A DNA stretch of 63,228 bases, the filler included, from Sphacelaria rigidula (Eukaryota): NCBI GenBank assembly GCA_964200075.2. It is 11 parts of 11 records of this genome, joined end to end, with 100 filler letters (N's around TTAATTAATTAA, not from the genome) between each part and the next. Parts side by side here need not be neighbours in the genome. Positions count along the whole stretch, not along the records: positions 1 to 5,658 come from CAXNAA020025492.1; positions 5,759 to 11,416 come from CAXNAA020025493.1; positions 11,517 to 17,174 come from CAXNAA020025494.1; 8 more parts are not named here. One strand, given 5' to 3'. The position numbers were made by a program, and so were the translations under genes. A model generated the notes under the pieces. It made no database searches. It was not told the DNA's origin and saw only the letters and a program-made list of their open reading frames with translations. This document shows, piece after piece, positions 1-12,527 of the stretch (positions are counted from its first letter, which is position 1; the number at the start of each line of letters is the position of its first letter).

Positions 1-142
1 GAGTTCTTGGACAGTTGAACCTAGGTCACGCTCTTGGCGCACCACCCGAGTCGCTGTCACTTGGGGTTCCATTCCAACCCGCTGAGCGACGGAAAGCATG
101 GGTTCTTTGCGGTTGCGACCCTTCAAGGAATAATTACGCTCA

Positions 143-1897
143 TCAAATAAAAGGGAACCGGGTACCGTAGATTTTGCGGAACTCGGTAGGTTGGTTAGCC
201 AGACACTCGAGCAGTTGGGAGGTGCTTGAGTGTGTGGCTTTGAATTTGGTGTTCTCCGACGAACGGTCGAAGAGGCAGTGTCTACCGTACCAGAAATATT
301 TCGGCTCCGGATGCGTTAGAAACTGCACTACATGACTTCTTTTCCTCCAAAGGGAAGGGCTTCGATTGAATATGATTAGTACCTGGTGGATGTAAAACTT
401 GGTGATCAAATCCAGGATTAAAACGTTGTGTTCGGTCACTGCTCAATTGATAGCCATGCAACGGTGCACGGGCTCCGACTGTCTTGGAACCCTTCAAGGC
501 AGTGTCAGCATATCCACGGAACCCACACCACATGGTTGAACCCGCGGTGGCCATCGTTGATTCACGTGTGTGATGTTTGTGACCTGGCCGAGCGAAAAAT
601 AAGTGTTGACATAAACTTGTTGGATACTTCCGGGGTGAATTACCCGTCATTGTTTCTTTCTGATTGTGGGATTGTACCAACTAAAGAGAAATGAACAACA
701 GAAGTAGAAAATAAACAGGCAGGTGGCGGCGCTGAGGTTGTAGGCTAAGAAACGTGTCCTGGGTTACCCCACTGTATGCTATTTGGAATCTCCGTAACTT
801 GTAAAACGTTCCCGAAAAAAAGTTGTCAAGTTGTGAGATGAGCATCATTGTTGTGTGGGTACCGTCCTGGCGGGGTTCAGCCGCAGCACTAGCTATCTCA
901 TGAGTAAACGTCTACCGTTTGTGAGTGGGCCGGTGCATGTGGTTGAACGTGTGCCAGGTCAGGTGGTTCAGGCGGTGGACAACGTTAGCGATTATCAGTA
1001 TCGTCAAATCAGTTGTCGCTTCTGGGGCGGAGCAGGCGACTGTACGAACGCAGTTGTGATTCCCAGACTTGCAACATTGTGAAAAATGACGCGAAGCTTC
1101 GTAGTGTCTTTTCGTTATCAGCTTGTATTCTTGCTCCGCAATTTTCAGAGCCTTCGTGGATTCGCGTATCGCGCGTTCTAGTTCGCTCTGTTCCGTTGGC
1201 TTTTTCTCGAGGTGGACATCAACATTACGGGGGATCTGCGCAGCCTCCTGGACCCCTGGAAACCTTTCCTGTTGACTCGCCTCGAGGCGGGCAAATTCCA
1301 AGTCTGTCAACGCACGCTTAATCTGTTCGAGACTGTTGTTCCCAATCTGGTGCCAGCTCCCAGTTTGTTCAGCCACTGAAACGTTGTACCAATGGCGCGA
1401 GGGAATGAGGGCTGGGAGGGTTTGTTGAAGCCGGTCGTGTGTTTCGTCACGCGGGGGCGGGGATTGTTCCGATTTGGGTGGCGTATCAAAAGCTAGAGTA
1501 GGGTAATTACGGGGTTCAGCACCAGAAGGGGTGCGGAGGTCATCGTCCAGAAAGGTTTTCTTAGCATTAGGGCTCACGTGGAGCGATGCCATCTGAGGAT
1601 GAAAAGTGGAAACACCGTCAGCGTTTTGAGTGGCTGGTTGGTGTGCAGAGAAGTGTATACCAAGGGAGTAGGGTGAGCATGTGGAGGAGGATTGTACTCT
1701 TCATCCACACACGCGTCCCTGAAAATACGTCCTGCAACAACGCTCTCATCAACATCAAAACGTTCCGGTTCGCTGTTGCCAACCGTCTCACTACGCATGG
1801 TTGACTGTACGGTTGTTTTACCACTGTCTGGAGGGAGCGTACCGTCCTTCGGGACATCGTGCTCAGATTACGTGGAAGGGCGGTTGATATCAGACAT
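143..1897 (-). pseudogene. Decayed spliced Ulp1/SENP-like (peptidase C48) cysteine protease gene, probably transposon-borne
   Basis: Exons ~1897-1661, 1592-916 and 680-~383 are joined in frame by GT-AG introns 1660-1593 and 915-681. C48 motifs occur in order: RLLRPRSDN*FDD/LIIAN (frameshifted WLND-I-N motif), VYVNTYF, V-x2-RW, DMLTLP, VHRCMAI (His 466-464), VLILD (Asp 412-410, 18 codons after His). Several in-frame stops. Confidence 0.65.
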
Positions 1898-2231
1898 GGC
1901 TTGTATACCTGCGCAATTGTGCAAGACCGGTAACGTAGAGGTGCGGAGGTTAAAAAATGAACGTTTCGTCGTGGGAGAAAGCATAGTTGTTGAGGACTGA
2001 GGCGGCATGAACAAAAAAAAAAGGAATAGAGTGGCAGGGTACTGTCGGCAGTGTTTGATCGACATGTAGCTCCGCACACTCCTCACATGCATGCGGTCGA
2101 ACACCTTTTCAATCAGGTGCAGACGACGGGGGAAACAAAATGTCGAAGGCACACAACAAACAGTATTTGTGTGTGTGTGTGGTGGATAAACTGTAACAGC
2201 AAAGAGACCGATGTCACAGTTAGACATACAG

Positions 2232-2346
2232 TGACTGTCAACAACGCAACAACGCAATTGACAAACCTGCACGCCATGAAGGGATAGGTATGACTGTCAA
2301 CAGCGCAACAGCGCATTTGACAAGTCTGCACGCCATGAAGGGATAA
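2232..2346 (+). repeat. Tandem duplication, 59-bp period, 2 copies
   Basis: TGACTGTCAACA.CGCAACA.CGCA.TTGACAA..CTGCACGCCATGAAGGGATA at 2232 and 2291. Confidence 0.9.
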
Positions 2347-2649
2347 GTGTGGGGTACAACGAACAGCAACGTTAAACCGCCCAGTTCTGTTTTGAGAACA
2401 TGTTGAGGTTGAGAAGAAGAAAAAAACAACTGTCGGATGCCGATATCCAGAGGCGATACCATCGCAGCTGGTGATACTTATTACAGTACCGCGTAATCCG
2501 CTGAAAACAGCCGAGTAGGGGTTTCGATCACGTATCATCGTGCAGGTAAACAGTCAATTAATGTACAAGCACAACCGTAATACGGACATGTAGTTCAGTG
2601 CAGACAGCGACGTACAAAGCACCAGACAGCAAAATGCGCAGTGGCACAG

Positions 2650-3580
2650 TACAGTATATATGATCTTCGCATGGTGCAGCGTAGCGTCGGGTCAAAGGTG
2701 CAGTACCAACGTCAATTCGTTCGTATCACACGGAGAACACCCGACACAGCGCTATACCCGCGCCGTGTTCATATCTACAATGCAATATAAATTACTTCGT
2801 TCAGATAGTGTAGCAGTACCGACGTATGCTACAGCACGGCACCTGGCCGTCCGCAACATATTGCCCGCCGAGACCATTTGTAATTGAAACGGTACTGTCC
2901 TGTTGTCAGTACCTCAATTCAGAACAATATTTCAACGCGAAAGGTACGCCGCCTTCTGGACGATCAAGTATGTACTGTAGTGCGTGTTTGGTGGGGAGAC
3001 AATCAAACTGTAGTGTACACTGGTGCCGTGTAAAAGTGACAAAAGTACAGAGTCGAGTGCTTGTGTACAAGTAACATGAGCCCCGCGCCTCGCCCTGTTC
3101 AATCATGCTCGTGTACAGATAACATCCCTAGTCCTGGCCCATTATGTCGCATCGATATAGTTCGGTGTACATGGTGAGCTCAACGTTCCGTGTTTGGGAA
3201 AGAGAAGTCGTCTGCGCAGCGGGCTGCGATTGAAATAGTCCGCGTACTCTTTACCTGCAAGCATGAATCGGCGTGTCTTGGAACACATGTCGGCCGATTC
3301 GGTTGATACAGAATCGACGGGCAGTGAGTAGGGGCGCTTGCGGGGCGCTCGGGGGGTGTTTGCTTGGGGAATCTTTGAAAAATCCACGGATCCGTGAGGG
3401 GCGTGTTGGAACAAAGAACATGTAAGCGGCTCTTTTGTTTTTGGGAACCGCCCGTGGTGAAAAGTGAAAAGGAAAACCGTAGTTCAGATCGAGTGTGCGC
3501 GTACCTCAAGCGCCTGATGGTCCGGTCGCCATTGCCTAAACCCAGCGTGGATAACGTATGACAGATCGAAGGCCTGCAGC
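2650..3580 (-). pseudogene. Possible remnants of a second spliced gene, co-oriented with the protease gene
   Basis: Exon-like blocks with GT/AG ends (AFDLSYVIHAGFRQWRPDHQALE|GTACGC; YILDRPEGGVPFALKYCSELR|GTACTG; YEHGAGIALCRVF) interrupted by stops; no family recognised. Confidence 0.3.
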
Positions 3581-5658
3581 TAGACTCGAGTCGGAGGGTC
3601 CGTCAACTCGAAATGAAAAAGAAGGCACTTGCCTTTGAAAAAAGAACAGCTGATCACCCGTTGAATCGTGTATACAAATATCAAGTGAAAATGAAGGGTC
3701 GAAAATACAGGACTTGAAAAAAAGAAAACGTGAGCTTGTGTTTGGCTAGTGCGTGAATAGCGGCCGACGAGATAGTCTACCCTACAGCTTGAGATAACAC
3801 GCTACCTCTGAAGCCCTATAAATGTCGTAGTATACAGTAGCAGAGCAAGTCGCACTCCACAAGAAAGAGAATGTGACCAGCTGATCCTGTGTTCGGCTCG
3901 TTAACTCAAAGCAGTAAGCTTCTCTCGCACACGGCACACGGTTGCAGCTACAGCTGTTATGGTGAGTAAGCACCGAATTCTTTCAGAAAAGGAAAAACAA
4001 ATAGATAGACCGGGATTATGGTACGCGTAACTCACTTACTGAGTAACGGCTTGCAGGCCAGAGGATGAACGTCGGCAGAGCAGATGAAAGCTGATCATCC
4101 TTCTTGTAATTAGTTCTACGGAAGCCTTTTTTCTACCGATGGATTGCAAGTGAAGCTCGTGGGGGGCGAGTTCCTTCCCACAAAAACTCCTAGCCACGCA
4201 TACAATTGTCATAATACCAACTCGTTGCGGCGCGTGCCTTCTATCAACCTTTATTGACAGGCGCGTGCCCCATATGGCCAATCCAATACAATCGATCCGA
4301 CTACAGAATCAGGCGCAACAACGCCGATTGGGCTGTATTAGTTCAATTTCTACGCCACGAAAGCACACATCCGACTAGAATATTTTCATACCCGCCGGTC
4401 GTTTCTGTGGACCATTGGCAAATCCCAAAGAACTAGTTTAATTCACGCACTCGGTCATATACCATCACAATTACACGTTACACGTCACCCCTGTTGGCCA
4501 ATAGCGTCTCCTCATGAAAGTCCAAACCGAGCGAAACGCAATCATCGGACTTTGGACTGACTTTGGACTCCGGGGGAATTCCAAAGTCCAAGTCCTGACC
4601 CGAATTTGGTCTTCGCAAAAACCGTATCATCAGCAAAGCTGATGATCGCCTCGCCCCACCATAGTCCCGATGGGCTTGAGGCGCATGAAGGGGGGGGAAA
4701 TGTGAAAGGTACCTTGTTGCAGTGACATATCAGAGACCATCACAAGGAGGGAGAAGGTAGAAACGGTCTGGGAGGACCAAATTACCGAGGACCCTGTAAT
4801 GCCGGCGTAACTAGACATTTCGGGGTGATGTCAGGAAGAGTCTAATATTAGGACGGTCCAACATCCCCCGAAGTACTGGTCGCCCCTGGCGACCACTTCT
4901 CGTCTGACTCAACTTCTTGCCTACATTTACAAGAATATATCGTCGCCAGCCTCGGAGTTCCTTCGGCATCAGATGGCAGTTTCCCCCGTAGGTATCTGAA
5001 TACTCTATAGCGATACGCCTTCCTCACACAAGCACGAATCACGATTTTTTGTGAATCGGGGGGAAAACAATCGGGGAACGCATTGTATGGACACGGATTA
5101 TGACCAAATCGGGAGCGAAATAGTCGGGGGGTCACGATCTCGGAACGGTTTCCCCCGATTTTTCGAAAAAAAATCGTGGCAATTCTTCCGAGATCGTGAC
5201 TCCACTCGATTCGTTTTAGTTGACGAACGTGCATTGACGTACGATGCTAGAGTTCGAGTAGGCGTTTGATATTTTTGCAACGGCAGCAGAAGATAGTCTC
5301 GTGACAGCCCAGGGCGTGCCTACTGCCCGCCCCGGCTGCTGACGCAACTTCGCACGGGGTTTGACAAGCGGACATTAAGTGCTGACGCCATACCCTACGG
5401 CGATAGCAATATTTTATGCTGCGCTGCGCTGCCATATATATATCATTATAGCGAACGCTACTGTACTCTCCTACCTGTTGTCACTGTACTTGAAGGGTAA
5501 TGTACGGCACTGCACTACTGAACTCTGCTCGCGCACTGGTTGTTCCCTGTTCTCGCGATACCGGCTGTGCAATGATGTACAACCACACGGCATTAACAGC
5601 CGATCCTAATTTTTGGGGTTGAAACATAATATGAGGTTGAAGTCCCTTCCCTCCATTG

Positions 5659-5758
5659 NNNNNNNNNNNNNNNNNNNNNNNNNNNNNNNNNNNNNNNNNN
5701 NNTTAATTAATTAANNNNNNNNNNNNNNNNNNNNNNNNNNNNNNNNNNNNNNNNNNNN
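5659..5758. other. Artificial scaffold spacer (44N-TTAATTAATTAA-44N); identical spacers at 11417-11516, 17175-17274, 22932-23031, 28689-28788, 34446-34545, 40203-40302, 45960-46059, 51717-51816, 57473-57572
   Basis: Ten identical 100-bp linkers; intervening segments measure 5658, 5658, 5658, 5657 (x6), 5656, 5656 bp, i.e. length-sorted concatenated contigs. Confidence 0.99.
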
Positions 5759-6199
5759 GGGGGTTGTGTTGTATTTTCCTGTTCGATATCAAGATGGATG
5801 GGGGGGGGGTTATAACGCTCCTTGTTTGTTTTTTTCTGTCGAAGATCAAGATGGGGTGGGGGTGTGAAACTTACGGCTGATGGCCACGATAGTTATATAT
5901 ATAAAAATATTTATATGTATGGCAGAGGCGTCATACACCACGGTTCTCAACGCTTGAATGGGTCTACGAGATGGTCTTAGTACGGGGTGCGACTTGATGG
6001 CAGTATTAACTACTCACAGGATCATTCTTGGCCCGAAGTCTGTTACTTCTTCGGGTGTATATTTGTTCGTGTTATATCCTTGAGGTGGCAGGTTCATGTG
6101 ATTCGAAGACGGGAAGCATACACGACATAATCAACTGCAAGGAAATCTTCATGTTATTGACTCCAACGTGTGGGAGATGTTGATATCTGTCCAAATGCG

Positions 6200-6430
6200 G
6201 GACCCTGTGCAAGGTTGCACACGGGACCTTGTCGGAGGTAAAACAGGACCTCGTGCAAGGTACCTTACAGGACCACCTTACAGGACCTGGTGCAACGTAC
6301 CGTACCAGACCTTCCAGGACCCTCCAGGACCTTGTGCAAGGTACCTTACGCAACCTCACACCTTACCAAAGGTGGATGACCTACCTTGCCTGGGCAGGTT
6401 GCGCAAGGTGCTGCAAGGTCCTGGAGCCTG
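6200..6430 (+). repeat. Degenerate minisatellite of CAGGACCT(N)GTGCAAGGT units
   Basis: Repeated GGACC/GTGCAAGGT motifs, e.g. at 6200, 6244, 6281, 6325, with inverted copies near 6395-6425. Confidence 0.7.
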
Positions 6431-6960
6431 CCCCCAGTGGCCACGTGTGTATCCACGGCAGGTGGGCTTGGTTCTTGAACGGCGGATCGTGAGGTGGAAC
6501 ACATCCTCAACAGGTTCGTTTTTAGTTTTTAGCATCTACGACGACAGATCTCGTCTGAAAACGCAACATCAGTTCTCGCATGCCGCAGGAGACGATAGCT
6601 ACTGTAAAGACATAGGATAGCTCGCGAAATCGTCTTGCCTACACAGAGATGCATCAAGCGACGCGAGACTCGCAATTTGGACCGAGATCAGCTTTATGAA
6701 TCGATCGATTAAGGGGTGACCTCTCGGCACAGGATCGTACTACCTACATTAAAAAAATCAGGGTCTGCATCAGGCTCGGCGCTTTTCTCTTCGTCTGAGA
6801 AATGCAACATCGACTTTCACATGCCGCAGGGAGCGATAGCTGTTCAAAAGACATGGGAGAACTCACGAAGGGCAATCGTCAGACACTGGTATATGATATA
6901 CCACCTGCATTTTCACCAAAAAACGGTGTAGCTGAAAATCTACTCCCGAAATGCAATAAA

Positions 6961-7907
6961 TGTTGCCGCCTGATTGGCCAAATCACGCCGCCAACGGATT
7001 TTGGCGAAAGGCACGCACAGTGTACCTGCGTTAGGAGCAACCAATTGGGCTTTCACCGCTGTTTGGCGACGATTTCACTGCTTTTTGGCGATCGACGTGC
7101 CCGACCGCACGTTCTCGGCCAGCCCGAAATTATGCACGAAGTACACCTCACCATACACTCTGTTTACTTTTCGGCGGCAGGTCGCTACGAGTAAGCATCA
7201 AGAGTTTTGTTTCGGTTGCGCCTGGAATTGTCTACCGTCTGCTGTTTCACCTATTGGCCTACATCCGCCAGGTGGTTATCCACAAGAGGGGGTCATGGCC
7301 ACACGGTCAGCAGCTCTCTCAAGCTGCGGGATTGCTGCTGTCGCTGCCTGCGTGTGTACTGTGCTTTGGAACGTCTACGTATCTTGTCTGGCTGCACACT
7401 GATGCGCTTTGACGTCAGCCGAAAATCTGTAAGGTGTGCATTGCTTTTTGGGGTTGAACACGCGATAGCTGACGCCCCCATCCCTTTTCCGTTGGTTAAC
7501 TCGACACCCCTCGCCAACCGAGGATATTCAATGAGGGACATGTGCGTTGTGTTCTTGACCGTGTTTTTGCGTCGCCGTGATCCATTTGCCCGTCCACTTG
7601 GAAGCTGTGGAACAGCCGCGTGATTGTACATAGACCCCTTCATTGATTGGGACGGTGGTGGTCGGAATGACAAAATAAAAGTCCCGATCTTTAGCGGCCA
7701 GCCGCCGAAAGGAAAAAGTGTATGGTGACGTGTACGTATTATCGTGCTGGCCGGGATCCTGTAGTCAGGCACCTCAATCGTCAAGAGCCAGTGAAATCGT
7801 CGCCAAGTACCGGTGGAAGCCGAATTGAGTTGTCACCAACAGGTACACCACGCGTGCCTTTTGCCAGAATCCGTTGGCAGCGTGATTTAGCCAATCAGGC
7901 GGCAGCA
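6961..7907. mobile_element. Long-TIR (foldback/MULE-like) non-autonomous element; right arm interrupted by an LTR
   Basis: 6961-~7187 is the imperfect reverse complement of ~7693-7907; homology stops exactly where TGTTCGA begins at 7908. Outer ends not resolved. Confidence 0.75.
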
Positions 7908-8266
7908 TGTTCGAAGGATGGCCTGGGGTAGTCAGTAAGACACACCTTGTCAGGATAAGGTACAATAACCTAGTGACATACCTGTTTCTTCCGGGTACTA
8001 CGCGGGATGACTTTATATTGTGATTTTAGTGACTGGACATACGTGAGTGGTGCCTGTCGCATCTTAAGACCTTTGACCCTTACTGGGGCCGCTCTCCCTT
8101 CTTCACTCTTCATTAACAAAGCTTGATATACATTTCTACCTCATCATGATCGGCAGCCAGCCGTGTCCACTGATCGACTATCACAGTCGTATCCATTGAT
8201 CGACTATCACAGTCGAGTCTGCACCTCATCCTCTCACGAGGTCACGGAGCTACAAACACTCGAACA
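7908..8266 (+). mobile_element. 5' LTR of Ty1/copia element (359 bp)
   Basis: TG...CA termini with 7-bp inverted repeat TGTTCGA/TCGAACA; gag ATG follows 48 bp downstream; coincides with the break in the host TIR. Confidence 0.7.
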
Positions 8267-8313
8267 CTCTAGAGCCCCTACCCAACTTGGGAGCTTTGTA
8301 GCCGAGGTGAACT

Positions 8314-9638
8314 ATGGCAAACTGGAGCACCACGGAGGGACACTCGGACGTCGTGGGAGACACATCGTCTCCAACGGAAATGCTGGAGGTCAAGGAAAAT
8401 GTACCCAGTTTGCAAGACTCGATGGCAGATATCACCGAGCAGCTGGCGGAGCTGAAGATGATGATGGTGACCCAGTTAGTGCGCGGGACATCGTCCACTG
8501 GCCCCGTAACGGCAGCGGACGGGGAGGGGGAGTCAGGCGACGGGAGGCACACCGTCGCCGGTGCCGGAACAGGGAGGGTCCGGTCACCACACGGTGGAGG
8601 GATTGTATCAGGCCCTTTCCGACGATCCACGGACGATGGATCCGCCCAAGTAAGTATGAACGACGAGTCCCCGGCTTACTACCCTCATCTGGGCGTGAAG
8701 AACTATTTTCGTATTGATTAAAAATTCGACGGTCAAGAGGGAAATTGGTCGTTGTTTCGTGATGATTTCTGGCACAAGTCAGTGCCGCAGGTTTTATGAG
8801 CGCCTTACGAGATACGCGAAATATTCAGGTTCACGATGCTAGTAACGAGGATTTGGTCAACCAGGAATTAGCACCGAAGGAAATACAGATGTACAGACTC
8901 TTGTGGGCGGGATTAGTGAGCTCGATAGAGGATAAGCATGTAAAGCAAACCGTTTGCTCCTGTAAGGGATCGTCTGTGGCGTGCCGAGGGCTAGAAGAGT
9001 ATTATGCACCGTTGACTGATGGTGAACAGATCTCGTTGGATGGGAAATTTTTCCATATGACACAGGAAACTGGCCAGGACCCCCGCGAATACTGGCAAGA
9101 ATATCATAACGTTATTGCGTCATTGGAAACGGCTCTCGAACAACCGATACCGAAGAAATTAGTGTTCGCGCGTTTTCTGGATGGACTCACAGCTGATTAT
9201 GACCACCGGAAACAACACCTCCTCTCGCAGAAAGGCTTGAATGTAGAAGCGTTGTTGACGGTGTTGAGGACTAGAATCGGGATGGTAAGAAACAACGAGG
9301 GGAAGGAAAGCCAAACGTTGATGTCAGTTGGAAAGAACACCCGTGGCAAAGGCAGTCGAAAGAGTAAATTACAAGGGGCCTCGGGAAGTACGGGGGATTC
9401 AAAAACAGACGGGCGTGAAAATGGTTCTGTGAAGGAGAGGCGATGTTGGACTTGCCGGAAGCAAACAACACACTTCGCGCGTGACTGTCCGGGGCGAAAT
9501 TGCATGAGATGCGGACAAAAGGGACACTCGTTGCAGAATAGTAATAATGGAGAAGACGAAGATACAGCGATGGCAGTAGGGTCGTCGAGTAGTAGCGATT
9601 CTTCAGTATGCTTGGCAGCGGACGCAGAAGCCTTTTGA
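8314..9638 (+). pseudogene. gag: Ty1/copia gag, disrupted (stop at 8719-8721 and a frameshift before 8796)
   Basis: KFDGQEGNW N-terminal motif, UBN2/Retrotran_gag_2-like core (LEEYY...FLDGLTADYD), zinc knuckles CWTCRKQTTHFARDC and degenerate CMRCGQKGHSLQNS. Confidence 0.85.
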
Positions 9639-11145
9639 TAGTGATGGCATGAAAACCTATGCATGACTCAAGCATCGCTTTGACATTTTATGTTTTGAGT
9701 GTTCGTGGTCATCATACAGATAATGATCCATGTACCCAAGAAAAGGTTGATGCCCAGGTGGATCGAGATGTTGGACATCTCTAGACGATGCTGAGATGAT
9801 ATTTTTTATACGGAGACCGAAACTCAGTGTTGATGTTTGACGAATGTTTCTGTCACAATGAGTGCAGACTTGATTTGCGCACTTGTTTGACTCGATCGAT
9901 GAACAGAAGATCGTCTACCGTTTTTTGTAAGTGTGAGAAAAGTGGGGCACCGCGTCTTGACTTGACTGTTGAACGATATCGGTGAAAATTGCACAGAATG
10001 GAGGTGCGTGAAGAGTGTTGTGGACATGATATGACATGGATGCCGAAACTCAACGCTTATGTGTAACATTGTTGCCACCCCGATGAGCGCAGGACTGCGG
10101 GGCACCGCATCCTTACTCGATTGGTTGAGATGGAACCTTGTTCGTCGCCTTGGTGAGTACAGGCACATTGGGCACCACGGTCTGACTAGACTAGAGAGTG
10201 ATATCGGTAAAACGTTCCGCAGAGGGGTATGCGGATGAACGATGGTTGAAACCACAAAATTTGAGGTGGGTCCCGAAACTCGACATCGACGTGAAAAAGT
10301 TGATTCGCGAGGCATCAGTTTCTTGACTGGATTAGTTGATAAGACTTCGTTGTTATGGTAGGAGCAAGGACTGAGTAGCGCAATACTAGCCGCTTGACCT
10401 AATCATGATAATTTCGGACGAGTAATTGTGGGCACAAGCGAAATACCTGTGCTACAGATCCGCAGAACGCATATGAACTATATTTGATGGCTGATAGAGC
10501 TGGTATTATGTGCGAGATGCGGTGCATGTGCACAGCATGCTATAAGAAGAGTCCATTGTATCGCGTATATGGGAGCTGGTTGTTGCTCGACTGGCTGGCC
10601 AGGCGAAATCCATACGGGCGTACAGATATTGGCACGGCATGTAAGAGTAAAAGTGTACTACTTTATGCAACCAGGATGCTAGCGGCCAAACTGCTGTTTG
10701 ATCCCTGTGTGGTATGTGAACAAGAAGTGAAGAGTTGAAATAATTATTGTGCTGGATCCGGGTATGATATGTGGGTGTGCGTTCGTGGGTGCCGTAATGC
10801 GACACCACAGCACGGTACGTGGTAAAGTATGTTCATCGGTTGGTGATTGACGCGCCCGAGTAAAATGGATGTTAATATTTTTCCTTTCTGTTGTCCCACT
10901 GTCCATCCCCCTCGGGTCTTCACGACATGTGAGACGCTGAGCCTCCAAAAACCATTTTGCCAGACACAGGTGCTGTCTGTACGGCTGCTGAGACAAGCAC
11001 GAGATGACGGATGTTTTTGGAGGGTGGTGACCGATCAGGATCAAGATCAGTCTCTCGCTGCAAATCTCCCCGCTATGGGAGAAAGATGATGATGAATGCA
11101 GCACTCCTTCCCCGTGGCCTAAAAGCGGGGGGGAGACATTGAATT

Positions 11146-11350
11146 GAGGGGGGCTGATGCTAATCGTGTGTTTTGTCTAGAGGCGTTGAGCGGCTTCGCT
11201 CCGCCGGTCGCCGAGGGCGAAGAAGGGGTAAAGTAGATGTAGTGAATGTCTAGTTTGGTTTGATAACGTAGATACTACTGTAGTATGAGTGACTGAATTT
11301 GAATTTTGAAATCTGATTCTTGTACTGTAGGCAACTGACTGACTATGTAA
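11146..11350 (+). mobile_element. Copia-type polypurine tract followed by a putative 3' LTR start
   Basis: TTGAGGGGGGC then TG at 11155; the sequence does not match the LTR at 7908-8266. Confidence 0.4.
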
Positions 11351-11416
11351 CAGTGTTGCACATCGAATATCGATAATCGATATGATTTCGATAAATGTCG
11401 GCGATATGCCATATCG
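11351..11416 (+). mobile_element. Left end of hAT-like element, cut by contig end
   Basis: CAGTGTTG terminus followed by dense ATATCG/CGATA subterminal motifs. Confidence 0.45.
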
Positions 11417-11593
11417 NNNNNNNNNNNNNNNNNNNNNNNNNNNNNNNNNNNNNNNNNNNNTTAATTAATTAANNNNNNNNNNNNNNNNNNNNNNNNNNNN
11501 NNNNNNNNNNNNNNNNGGCTCATGCGCCCACATATACCGAAAGGTGTAAACCGGCGTCCAGAATGGATGGGACGACAACACACACCCACACAC

Positions 11594-12496
11594 CTGAGAC
11601 TGTCGAATGAACATCGAGTACTGCTCCGCCTTGCTCAATAGCGACGCCAATTGCTCTCCTCGTGCACCCCCGACTCCAGCACCAAGCCCTGTCTCCCGCG
11701 GGCCATCAGTTACTACCTGGCTTGCTCCGTTATAGGCCCGACGACCGGGCTTTCCTGAACTTCGTTTGGAATCTGATGTATCGCCATCTTCTACTAGTGG
11801 CTCGCCTGATGCTTTTGATCCTTGCTCCGGGTCGCTATTGTTCGGGCCTCGAGTGAGCAGGTATTCCCTCCGCTGCTGGCGTTCCTCCTATGGCAGTCGT
11901 TGTCAAACGGAAAGCACAGGGTGAAGAACAACGTCAAAGGTCAACGGGCTGTGAGGGTGGCTGATACAGTGCTCGATAACGAGACAGATGCAGAGGGCGG
12001 TAACTACAAGAGATCAAGGGTTGATTCCTCGACATAGACCACCAACTCGTCTCGAGGAAGAGAGCGGTGGGAGAAGGGAAGGATGAAGCAATACAGAACA
12101 TTGATTTCCAGCCTACTTCGTTTCACCACTCTCGTACCGGGGCATGAATTAAAGTGCAGTGGCAGTCCGACCACAGTGTGGTCTAAACCTACATCACCTG
12201 TCACAGAGGGCCGATCTGCGATACTAATTCCAATATATTGTAATCTGGATCATGCCGGACTGGCGAACCAACCTGCCGGGGTGAGATCTCCATTGGACGG
12301 CAAGAATGTGGAAGAGAGGAAAATACCTGCGTCAAGGACGAATCCTGCTGGACCTGGTTCGCAGCCATTTGCAGCAAAGCGGGCACGCGCACGTCCTCAT
12401 CGCCGCCCTTTATGGTTCCCGCGTCCTCCGAAAGGAGCTCGAGCTCTTCCAATTCCTGCAATGTTGACCAACGTCACCAAACCCACCATCGTACGA

Positions 12497-12527
<31 letters not shown>

